64,000 nt of DNA from Macrostomum lignano (lineage: Eukaryota). Location: contig NIVC01001135.1 in NCBI GenBank assembly GCA_002269645.1, positions 186,001 through 250,000 on the forward strand. Direction: 5' to 3'. This document shows positions 1 through 10,527 of the stretch, piece after piece. Position 1 is the stretch's first letter, and each line of letters opens with the position of its first letter. Under the pieces are notes generated by a model. That model was not told where the DNA came from and did not search any database. It saw only the letters and a program-made list of their open reading frames with translations. The position numbers and the translations under genes were made by a program.

Positions 1-809
1 TATAAAGGACAGAACACAAGTTGCTAGCTAAAATATAACCGACTAGATAAATTTCACCTATGATAATAAATAAACATTACTTTTTTGCAGATGAATGATT
101 CTTAGAAATATTGCTTTTTAGTATGTGCATCTCGTGCGTGTAGGTTTACCTCAGAGTCCTGACCTTTTTAAAATAAAGTTTAATTTTGCAATAAAAGATT
201 CTCTGATTCTTTAAAAACTTAAAAGCACCCGCTCAGACCCCTAAAACGGTGGATTAAATTTCCGATTGCGATTGAACATCATTTATAAAAAAACTGCTTA
301 CTTGCTCAATGTTCTTCTCAGGAGTCCCAGACGATAAAAGTGATTTAAGTGAAGTGTAGCTCATATGTTAAAATGATCGCATCTACGATATAACTAATTA
401 TGTGTAGTCGTATGTGTTCTAATTCATATGAAAGCTTTAAAATGTATAGTATGTTCATTACATAAACTAAAATTTATTTACTTGGAATAATAGAGGGCCA
501 GGTAATAAGCAGAATTAGGAATCTATTTGTTATACGAGTATTTCTTGTTCAAATAATAATTAATTCTTAATTATCCGTAGATTTGGCAATAACATGTACG
601 AGCGTATGTTTTCAATCAGAAACGGCAATAATTATCTGCTTTGCAACTGATCGCCTGCGCAGAAGTGTTCCATTATGAGTGTATAAATAAAATTAACAGT
701 TTATTTATTCATCATTGATTTAGTAATTAACAATTCCAATCTGTGTTCAAACGAATCATGAAGAATGTGTATACTGTATAGTATGTTGTAACTACATTGT
801 ATACACAAT

Positions 810-837
810 AACAACAACAACAACAACAACAACAACA
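810..837. repeat. (AAC)9A microsatellite at the 5' flank of the Ingi-like LINE
   Basis: Nine AAC units plus A, directly before CCCGCTG at 838; a same-length tract lies at 6450-6477. Confidence 0.95.
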
Positions 838-876
838 CCCGCTGTGCTTTACGCGCAGCCTGCGGCTCGCCCGCAG

Positions 877-946
877 CTCCTACCCGGCGCCGCGTCTTCG
901 TCGCGGAGGGGAGCACCTCTCTTGGGAAGGGGTCGAAGAGCGCCGG
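877..946 (+). ncRNA. Candidate HDV-like (nested double-pseudoknot) self-cleaving ribozyme in the LINE 5' end
   Basis: Manual fold: P1 877-883/905-911 (6 of 7 pairs), P2 884-890/940-946 (7 of 7), P3 GCG 892-894/CGC 902-904, L3 UCUUCGU, P1.1 C896-G913 and U897-A912, P4 915-933, J4/2 C934-GAA. Confidence 0.6.
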
Positions 947-967
947 AAAACGGACACTACGTCCCTC

Positions 968-2021
968 GTGCTTTTGGTTACTTGGATTGTTATCTTTCTC
1001 TGCAGCGCGTACCTGGACCACGGGAAGCTCGGCAGTGAGGCCCGCCACCTTCCCACGCTGCTGCTCAGGGCCGGTGATATCGAGCTCAACCCGGGACCTG
1101 CTCTCTGCGGGCAGCGTGAGTGCGGACGCCCGCTCAGAGGGAAGTCCCTCCACTGCCGCATCTGTGATAAGTACTACCACCTCCAACGCGACTGCTCCGG
1201 GCTGAGCAGATGGGCGGCTAACAAGGCCATCGGCTCCACCGAATGGCGCTGCACTAGCTGCACGAACCGAGGCAGCAACGCCGTCAATTCCACTTATTCT
1301 TTCGACTCGGACAGCCAGCCAGAGGTGGCCCCTACTGAAGTCGCCGAAGTTAGCCGGCGACAAGAACTGCTCCAACGCATCCAACGAGACAAGCCGAACT
1401 GCACCCACTGCCGCAAACCCATCCGAATCAGCACTGTTATTGCGTGCCGTAACACCTGCGAAGGTCTCTTCCATAATGCTTGCACCCAGGCCACCCGGGA
1501 TCAGATTAAACGCGAAGTCAGCAGGGGAATGTGGCGCTGCCCTCCTTGCTCGAAAGCAGCCAGCCGTAGTCCACCCTCCCCCACGGGCTCGGACCCGACC
1601 ATCCCTAGGCGCGGCAGCTCAGCTCCCGGTTGGGACAGCTCGAAACCGACCTTAACCATTCTGCAATGGAACGCCGACGGGATCTGCAACAAGATGGGGG
1701 AGCTGGAGGAACTAGCTCAGAGACTTCAGGTCGATATTATCACCGTCCAGGAGTCCAAGCTCACGTCGCTCAATCGAACCCCTAAGCTGTCAGGCTATTC
1801 CACCGTTCGCAAGGATCGCAAAGTAGCTAGGCTCGACCCCAGCATCAAAGGAGGAGGCCTGTTGCTCTTCGTCCGCCAAGGCATTCCGTATCGTAAAATC
1901 CAGGGCTGGAACGGCGGCACCACTGAAGGGAGCCGTATCGTCGTGAACACGTCCGCCCGCGACAGACTTATCATCACCAATATTTATCGCCCCCCGATCC
2001 GACGTATCGAAGGCGAGGACC
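968..2021 (+). CDS. LINE ORF, N-terminal part: 2A-like peptide, tandem PHD fingers, first half of APE endonuclease
   Basis: ORF track 968..2227; after 2021 the frame runs into the nested insertion. No in-frame ATG before the second PHD finger. Confidence 0.85.
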
Positions 2022-3104
2022 TTGACTTACTTCTTGACTTAGCTGCAGGGCTGTCCCGGAGGGGACACAGCGGGAAGGCGCGGGCGCCCATTCCGCTAGT
2101 CCCTGAACGGCCGACGCGTCGCTATGGACGGAGGGTTGGCGCCGCCCAGGGAGGTCCCCCAGTGTCGCCAGCAGCTATGGTGCTCTCTGGAAAGGAGAGT
2201 TCAGCCCTGCGGGTGGCCCGAAGGTAGCGCATGAGCTGATTAAAGTTTTCGGGTTTGCACGCTTCAGTAATCTATAATTTGCACGGCCCGAGGTAAGTGA
2301 GTCTGGCCCGCGTGAAGGCGGGACAGATGCTGACGAAATGCTCAGCGGTTTCGTCACCTGAGTTGCAGAAACTACAGGTGGCGTTGGTGGCGTTGCCCTG
2401 CAGGTACTGGTGCCTGGAGAAGCAGCCGTGACCAGAGAGGGTCATGGTGGCAGCCCGGATGTCTCTGCGCGAGAGGCGCAAGAGGAGCTTCCGGAGCTGG
2501 TGAGAGGGCTGAGGGACAGCGCCTCTGGATTGCCTGCAGTTCGTGCGGTTCGCCCAAGTCGAGCGGTGCTGAGTCCTGATCCACGCTTTGATGCGCGAGT
2601 CGATGACACAGCCAGGAATCGGGACAAGAGGTTCGGGGCCGAGAGAGGAGCCGGAGGCACCAACTTTTGCAAGGGTGTCAGCCAACTCATTTCCTCGGAT
2701 CCCCACATGCCCCGGAACCCACTTAAGGGTAATTTTGTTGGCGGAACCCAACACGTTGAGGAGTTTATTGATACAGTCGAGGACTGTAGCAGAGTTGGTG
2801 CTGCAGCCACTGATGGCGTGCAAGGCAGCTTGGCTGTCCGAATGGAAAATGATGTTCTTACCAGTAACGCCAGTGGCGAGAAGCTCTGCAGTGCAGGAGC
2901 TGATGGCCAGAACTTCATTTTGGAAAACACTGGAGTTGACCCCAGTGTATTGAGCGTGGGTAGCGATGACCCTCCCGTTCAGAAAGATTCCAACACCAAA
3001 GCCGGTGTTGGCTGACTGCTTAGAACCGTCGGTGTAGCAATGAAGCTCACCAGGGTTCCATTGGTCATTGATGTTATCGCGCGAGTCGATAGCTACGGAG
3101 TAGC
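2022..3104 (-). mobile_element. 5'-truncated RNase H-bearing non-LTR retrotransposon (LOA/Tad/I-group-like) inserted antisense in the APE domain
   Basis: Minus ORF has YTDGSK, NEVLAI, SDSQAA, WVPGHVGIRGNELAD and a C-terminal knuckle (SGHG...CSFC...EHFVSICP). 12-bp TSD AAGGCGAGGACC at 2010-2021 and 3105-3116; short AAGT/AAGTC-repeat tail. Confidence 0.92.
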
Positions 3105-3116
3105 AAGGCGAGGACC

Positions 3117-6100
3117 ACCGCGAACATCCTAGTGTCGACAGCTGGCTCCGCTGCCACCACCGCGAGATCATCACGGGCGACTTTAACCTGCACCACCCAT
3201 CCTGGGGGAGCGACGCCGATCAGGGCCGGGACAGCCTGCCTCAATCCCGTTGCCTTATCAACTGGTGTTCCTCTACCAACTACCGGATACTCAACTCCGG
3301 AGCTCACACCTGCATCGACCGTCACTCAGGGCGCTCCAGCGCTCCCGACCTCTCCATTGCCAGCCAGGAGATCGCCCCCCGCTGCACCTGGTCCACTCTC
3401 AATGAACTTGGATCGGATCACAAACCTATCCTGATCTCTATCAGCACTGCTCGGGACACTCTTCGAGTGACACCCAGATTGCACTGGGCTTGGAAGAAAG
3501 CCGACTGGTCTCAGTTCAGGTCCATTCTTGAGGAAAACTGTGAACACCTCAACCGAGGTTCCATCAAGAAACAGGTCAGCCGGCTTACCAAAGGTATGCT
3601 CAAAGCGGCAGAACTGGCCATCCCGCGAAAAAAGGTCTCCATCAGAAATAAACCGTACTGGGATGACGAGCTGAGCAAACTGCGTGATCATCGCAACGCT
3701 CTCCGTGAAGCCGCCGCCCCTCCCGAGGAATGGCGCGCTAAAAGCCAGGAGCTTATCAAGCGCTGCGGCGAAAAGAAACATGAATTTTGGAAGGACTTTA
3801 TCGGAAAAATGGCCGAATCCGAGGACCCCAAAAAGGTCTGGAACACCATCAAATGCCTTAGCAACGGCAAACAAGCGGCCCACCCTAACGAGAACCTGGT
3901 CGTAAATGGAAAGGAACTCTGTACCGACAAGGACAAAGCCAACGCCTTCGGCAGATATTATGAAGACATTAGCACTCTGAAGCACGACGCCACCCACCGC
4001 AAATTCAAGGAGCAAACGGCTACTCGCCTAGCCTCCTATGAGGCGGACGACGACAACTATCGCCGTGACTTCACCGAGGGTGAACTGCTCAGAGCTCTCG
4101 ACAGACTTGATCCCAGCAAGAAATGCGGCCCCGATGGCATTGAAGCAGCGTTCTTTCTGCACCTGCCCGACCGCTGGAGAGCCGCGTGGCTCAAGGTCTT
4201 CAACCGCTGCTGGCGCACTGGACACTGCCCTGGCCCCTGGAAGCAAGCTATCATCATTCCTCTGCTCAAGGATGGCAAGGACCCCAAGGATCGAAGCAGT
4301 TACAGACCAGTTAGCCTCACCTCCATCTGCTGCAAAATTCTCGAAAGACTCATTCTGGACCGCCTCTACTACTGGCTGGAGCGACATAGAAAGATTCAAC
4401 TATGGCAAGCCGGCTTCCAACGAGGCCGGGGCTGCGAAGAACAGGTCGCCCGCCTGGTCCAGGCCATTCAAGACGGTTGGGAGCGCAACCCGCATCTCAA
4501 AACCCTTGCCGTGTTCATAGACTGCTCCAGAGCGTTTGACAGAGTCTGGAGGGCCCGACTCCTCGCCCGGATGATGGACGAGGGCCTTCCCGCCTGTATG
4601 GTCAAATGGTTTGACAGTTTCCTTGAGGGCCGCCAAATTGCCGTTAGAATCGGCGCGACCACCGGAAAATGGCGCCGGCTCCGTGAGGGAGTCCCGCAAG
4701 GGGCTGTCAGCTCGCCGGCCCTCTTCCTTCTCTACGTTAATGCCTGGTCCGACTACATGACGGCGAATGTCGAATATAGCGGCTACGCGGACGACATCGC
4801 ACTCTGGACGACGGGCCGCGACATCCGAGAGCTTCTTGCTCGCACTCAAGATGCGCTCCAGAAGATCGGACAGTGGGCAGATCACCTGCGCATTGACCTT
4901 AATCCATCCAAGACCGAATGCTGCCTCTACAGCAGGGACCGCGCCGACCGCGACCGCGCTCTTCACCTCTCGCTGAACGGCCACTCGATCCCCTCCAAGA
5001 AAGAACTGAAGTTCCTCGGGGTGTGGATAGACCATAGCCTCCTTTTCGATAAGCACTCCAACGCGGTCAAAGAGAAGATGGCACGCAGAACCGCCATCAT
5101 CCGCGCGCTCGCCCATCGCGAATGGGGCTGGGACCGCGCCCTGCTCCTCCGGGTTTATCGAGCACTCGTCGAATCTGTGGTCTGGCACGCTGCTGCTGCC
5201 TGGACTCCATGGCTGTCCAGTACCCGCCTCGACGACCTGGACCGCGCTCAAAGAGAAGCCCTCAGAGCCATCACGGGATTGCCACGCTCGACACCGGTGG
5301 AAGCCATCTATATGGAAACCAACGTCAGTCCGATCAGCCTCGAAGCCCGCCGTAGGGCCCTGATGGCCTACGAGAAAGCAAACCGCCGCCCGGCCGACGA
5401 TCCGTTCCGGCAGATTTGCGACAGGCAACTCAACATCCGGCTAGCGGCCAACAAAGGGCTACGAGAGCAAGCCAGAGCCATCTGCAACGCTATGATCCCT
5501 CTCCCGCGTCTGCCTATACCTACGATCCGCAATCCCCCATGGGACTCGCTGGTTGATTGCGGGGTGCAGATGTACACCAAACTCCCCGAGCATGAAGGAT
5601 CTGCGACCGAGGCAGTGCTCTCCGCGATTGAGCAGCGTTGTCCCGACGCAGCCCTCTACTTCACTGACGGTTCAGCCTCAGGAGGCACCACCAACGGGGG
5701 ATCGGCCTGGATCCTCCTCCACAAAGAAGACGGCACCATCATCCGCAGAGGGCACGCGGCAGCTGGCCGATGGTGCAATTCCTACGAGGCCGAGCTTCAA
5801 GCCATTACTCTCGCGCTTCAGGACATCATTGATTCCGCTCCCGCCTGCGCCGCCATCCTCACGGACAGTCAAAGTGCCATTACCGCCATCCAAGCCGACC
5901 GGCCCACGCTGAACGTTAGGCTCGAGCTAGCGAAGACCCTCCTCGTGACCGCGGCCCATAGGACCAAACTTACGCTGCTCTGGGTGCCCGGGCACTCGGG
6001 AGTGCACGGCAATGAACTCGTCGACACAGAAGCGAAAGTCGCAGCGACTCTCTGTCAAGATCAGGTGCTTATCTCGCTCCCCGCCTCCAAGGAGCGGATC

Positions 6101-6436
6101 TACCATCACCTTAGGTATCAGCCCGACCTGCCAGGACACCTGGAGGTATACCGCACCCCGGTGTCCCCAGGAACGGGCTCTCGTCGGCAGAAGACGCTTA
6201 TATCCCAAGTCAGATCCGGCCATTGCCCAGAATCATCCTACTATCGTCACCGAACAGGCATCGCCGAAGGAGGGCCATGCCGGCTATGCAATCAACCGAC
6301 TGAGCAGTTCCATATTCTCCATTGTCCTAAGCTCGAACTTACTAGACGCACCATCGGCGTCACTAGCATTGGTGACCTTGCACGAGGAGAAGTAGTGGCG
6401 CAGCTCCTGGGGGCCATCGACTGGCGGCCCCTTTGA
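3117..6436 (+). CDS. LINE ORF, C-terminal part: rest of APE, reverse transcriptase, RNase H, zinc knuckle
   Basis: ORF track 3467..6436 extended upstream in frame through ITGDFNLHHPSWG and SDH. Confidence 0.93.
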
Positions 6437-6449
6437 GCTCATCTCCGCA

Positions 6450-6477
6450 AACAACAACAACAACAACAACAACAACA
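6450..6477. repeat. (AAC)9A tract: 3' tail/target of the Ingi-like LINE and (GTT)n tail of the antisense RTE fragment
   Basis: Direct reading; the RTE copies at 48.7 kb and 58.7 kb also end in TGT/GTT repeats. Confidence 0.9.
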
Positions 6478-7400
6478 GAATACGCAGTCAGCGTCACAGG
6501 GCGCGCCTCAAGGCCAGGTCCCGAATGAACGCCACGCCGCCGGCCGAATCCGGGGCGTCAGCCAGCAGGCAGTCGACGAAACGCCGAGTGCGCGCCTGCC
6601 CCCGCCGGTAGGGTGCCTGCAGCGTCAGCAGCCGCCAAGAATGCCGCATCCATCGCTGGCGCGTCAGCGAGCACCTCGTACAGCAGCGCGGTGGCAGCGG
6701 TCAGGCGCGAAATCGGCGACCCGCCCCTGACCCACGCCCGCACGATTTCCGTGTACCGCGCGCTCAACCGGCAACGCGACCGCGCCGAACTTCAGAATCG
6801 TCAGGATGCCGTCCTCCTGGCGAGGCTCCGCGCGGGCCACTGCAGCCTTCTCCGCGCGTACAGTCGCATCGTCAACCCGACGGCGGACCCCATTTGCCCA
6901 CGCTGCGAGGAGGGCCCGGAAGACCTCGAGCACTGGCTCGGTTGCCCGGCCCTCCGGAGGCTCCGCCTCGAGCTGTTCGACGAGGACACCCTGGACCCCG
7001 GGATTCTGACCGTCGCCCCCGCGAGGTCGGTGGCGCTTGCGAGGCGAAGTCTCTGACTCCCTCGGCGCCTTTGCCCCAACAACAACAACAACAACAGCAG
7101 CAGCACCTCCTGCACCGGCTGTGGGCAGTACGACTCGGCGCGGATGATGTGGCCTGCCAGCTGGAGTCGCCGACGGCGCAACAGGTCGCTTGGACGGACC
7201 AGGCCGGTGCGGCGATACAAAGCCGCGTTGGTCACTCGCTCGTAGCCGATCTTGAAGGCGGCGCGCAGCAGGCCAGCGTGCGCCGCGTCAACTTGTTGCT
7301 CGAGCGACTCCGTCAGCGCCCAGGTCTCGGCGTTGTACAGCAGGACGATCTCGATCACCGCCTGGAACAATTAACGCCGCCCTCTGGCGGTCAGGCAGGG
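6478..7400 (-). mobile_element. 5'-truncated RTE-clade LINE fragment, split by an insertion at 6633-7095
   Basis: FQAVIEIVLLYNAETW...LRRRRLQLAGHIIRAESYCPQPVQEVLL continues at 6632 as LLTLQAPYRRGQARTRRFVDCLLADA; homologous to 48488-48750 and 58140-58680. 5' boundary approximate. Confidence 0.85.
6633..7095 (+). mobile_element. 5'-truncated second Ingi-like LINE (C-terminal zinc knuckle only) with (AAC)6 tail
   Basis: LLARLRAGHCSLL...CPRCEEGPEDLEHWLGCP, stop at 7056, (AAC)6 at 7078-7095, flanked by duplicated AGCAGC inside the RTE AGCAGCAGC tract. Confidence 0.85.
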
Positions 7401-7788
7401 CCCAACAACAGGCAAAAAGTTCCACCCACCAAGCAAGTATATTTTTATTCACCTTTTACCGTGTATTTAAAATGAGAAGTTTTCTCTCTAACTACGCGTG
7501 ATTTGTACAGATTGAACTTTTGACTGTTGCTGAGAAATCATGGCACCATTGAAAAGTCGCCATCTTTTGCGCGCCGAGCAATTTCTCTCGGATCTCACTT
7601 GCAAGTTGCGCAACTCACTCTCACCGCGGGGCAATCATTACGTCATCCTCACACTGGCAATTAGGGTGTAGGACAAAAACAATGAAAACATCATTTATTA
7701 AGTTTCAATTAAGTTATAAGCCCTGCTGGCATGGTATCAACCATGCATTTGATTCACATGTAAGATGTTTTTAATTCAGAAAAGGTCT

Positions 7789-8420
7789 TAGTAACGAGTG
7801 TGTCCTCCGCGAGGCAAAAGGCAGAAACGCTTCGCGGCATCCCCAGAGAATGAGGCGCCGCAGAAATCTTGAGGAAGACTCTGCCAGGCATCTGTAATGA
7901 CATTTTGTGGCGGATTCTCCCGCTAAATTTTGCGCTTCAGAAAGTCCCAGACATGTTCGATCGGGTTCAATCATGTTCGATCGGGAAGACAATTTCCGTC
8001 CCCGAGTGCAATGAGATCCCAGCCCAGACATGTAAGCTGACTGACTGTCTGCACATTGCACACATGCTTCTGCAATCATCTTCTGCCTGAGGTTCTCGCC
8101 ACACACGAGTGCGACCGTCAGCTCGGAAAAGGCGAAACCGGCCCTCGTCGGTGAAGACGACACACGCCATCACTGCTGCTGCCTCCAGTGAATGCGCTGC
8201 ACAGCCCACTGCTCACAGCAGGCAAAATGAGCAGGACTTAGCCGCGATTGCTTGCGATGTTTCGGGAGTGCAGCCCGGCTTCTCGGAGACGCCGTCGGAT
8301 GGTCTGAGCACTCAGGATGTTTCCTCGCCTGCTTTTCTCGCCCCATTAGACTGCTTACGACTCTTGACATCCTCTCTAATTGCATGATGTACGGGCGGAC
8401 GTGTAGATCGAACATCCATG
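7789..8420 (-). pseudogene. Degenerate Tc1-family transposase relic
   Basis: Across frames: LSAQTIRRRLREAGLHSR, VFTDEGRFRLFRADGRTRVWR, VWAGIS, LNPIEHVWDFLKRK, GGHTRY-stop. The middle catalytic segment is missing at a duplicated CCCGATCGAACATG. TIRs not found. Confidence 0.85.
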
Positions 8421-9028
8421 ATTTATGTACAACGGCTTAAAAGTACATGTCAAGAAATTACTCCCATGAAAGTTTCAACGGAAATGAATGTATTTTATTA
8501 TTCCGAACAACGATCGGATTTATTCAATTTATAACTCGAATTCAAATTATCAAAGAAGTCAAGCAAGAAAACTGCATGGCAGCTTGAAAGAATTTCCGCT
8601 CGATCAAATTCATGGACAGATTTATTTTTGGTGTTCAATCAAAGAAAATGTAGAATCGTGTCAGTGTTGAACAACCCTTGCAAATTTAGAAGCGATCGCT
8701 AAGGAAGCCATCTGCCCTGACATGGGAGGCAAAACAAGTTATTTTTTATCCCAGATAACACGAGACAGGAATTGGAGAAACGCTGGAGTGGCAGGTTGCG
8801 CTGGATGCAGCGTGACTGGCACAGATTCTGGACTGTCAGGAAGATGGAGGCGGGGCCAAGCTGCTCCTTTGTTTCAGCTCACCGCCCCACCCCATGGGAT
8901 CAGCAGACAGCAGCTGGAGAGCATAAAAGCCGATGTGTCCGGCGCTGGCATCGATGCTGCGCTCCTTCGCCAACTAAGCGTCGACCTTCTCCTCAAGTCA
9001 GAGATAACTATTGGAGTCTCGAGTTGCT

Positions 9029-9530
9029 ATGCACATCAAGCCGTCATCAGCAGGCCTGGCCGCTCTGCACCTGGCCCTGCTGCTGCTGTACGTCAGCGCC
9101 GACAAGGTCGAATCCGTCAGAGACGACAAGGCGGCTTCCGTAGAGGACAAAATCGACTCAGGTGAGTTCTGTGACTCGTGCGCTGTGCTAATTCAGCTGC
9201 CAATCAGAACTTATCAGGTGAAGCTGGATCTCCCCAACAAACGGTCCCGCAGGCTTCGACATTCTGGTGCCGGTCTCCGAGCCGGAGCGGCGCAAAATCT
9301 GCAGCAAGTGCGCCGACTGCCTGATGTGCGCCAGCGACGCCGCCGGCTTCGAAGACGGCATCGACGCGTTTCCAGTGGCAGCCGGCAGCAAGTTTGAAAT
9401 CCACTGGACGGACAGCGACCCGGTGGCTGAGAACCGGCGAAAGCGCATCGTGGACCTGACAAGGCCGGCCAGGTACCACTGCGGCAAGTGCCCGACCTGC
9501 TACTGCTACTACAGAGCCTGGCGCGGCTGA
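9029..9530 (+). CDS. Small secreted Cys-rich protein, about 143 aa (predicted exons 9029-9161, 9197-9217, 9253-9530)
   Basis: Signal-peptide-like MHIKPSSAGLAALHLALLLLYVSA; two phase-compatible 35-bp GT-AG introns join it in frame to CSKCADCLMC...RRKR...CGKCPTCYCYYRAWRG-stop. Confidence 0.62.
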
Positions 9531-10527
9531 GCAGTCGGGGCTTTGGACCGACCAGCAGTGAACCATCCGTGAAAATTGACTCAAATATCTATATAAGACG
9601 CTACTGTTACCGCTTCTGTACTTCCTATACAAAAGTTGCCAGGGAAATACACGCCTCAAGTATTAACATCTTACTGAATCATTTTTCGGATAGCCAGTGA
9701 GCAATTGATTACCTCTTAAGACTCAAATGAATTACTAATCTAGTTAAGAGGCGCGAGCGATATGCATGCATGAGCGATATCGTCCCACAACCACATCTGA
9801 GGCAACTCTGCCAATTCCGACTGTGATCTGCAGTTACCAAAACCGTCATCCAAGAATGCTCGTGCTCATCAATGCTCATCACAATGCCCCCGGCCCACAA
9901 GTCCAGACAATTAGTGACCAAATTCTTGGCTAAGAAATGCGCATCACAAATCCGGGAGTAATGTACGTGGGTCGTCTGAAGCTGCAGTGGATAGAGGCCT
10001 TCACCGAGTATGTAGGAAGTGCCTGCTTCGGAATGGTCAAACTGCCTCAACAGGTAGTTTGAGCAAATGCTATCGTGCATAATTGTTTAATCGTTTGGAG
10101 AGCAGTGTGGTACTTTGAAATAATTGACCGTCAGTAGCCTATCAACAACTACGAGAGTTACGTTCGGTTCGTAGTAGAGACACTTGCAGAGAGTCGTGAA
10201 ACTTGCTGCTTCGGGGCCACCGTACACCCTGTGTGAGCGTGTGTACGAGTGCATGCCTGAGTACAGTATTGGAGCACTTGTGTGTGCGGAAATGGGCGGA
10301 GTTGCCGTCAGCTCTGGTTGTTATTCTGTCCAAATCAGTTAATAAAAATCAGTAACAACAAAGACAGAATAGCAATGAACAGTTTCATGAACTGCAGTTG
10401 ATGCACACATTTTTATTTATTATTTTTTTAATCCAGCAGGCCAATCCGTCAAACGCTTGCCGCAGAGCGGCTGCCAACACTTTTTTAAAGTCATAAATCT
10501 GCCAGCGCGCTTTCATCTCCGCCGAGT

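Larger units (their letters stand above)
838..6477 (+). mobile_element. Apparently full-length Ingi/I-group non-LTR retrotransposon, single ORF (2A, PHD, PHD, APE, RT, RNase H, C-terminal zinc knuckle), interrupted by a nested insertion
   Basis: LLLRAGDIELNPGP; two C4HC3 PHD fingers; APE motifs LQWNADG, QESK, NIYRPP, GDFN, SDH; RT motifs VPQGAVSSP and YADD; RNase H motifs YFTDGS, TDSQSA, WVPGHSGVHGNE. Stop at 6436, 13-nt 3'UTR, (AAC)n tail. Removing 2022-3116 (1095 bp, a multiple of 3) rejoins the ORFs in frame (about 1457 aa from codon 968); I read 3117-3466 and found no stop. Confidence 0.92.

Noticed and set aside
940-970. Possible hammerhead ribozyme (GAAA followed by the GGAC/GTCC stem)
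   Set aside because: No CUGANGA core upstream; the HDV-like fold explains the region better.
701-6000. Antisense and alternate-frame ORFs over the LINEs (701-1474, 2410-3015, 3326-4015, 4400-5428)
   Set aside because: Shadow ORFs of GC-rich coding sequence with no recognisable motifs.
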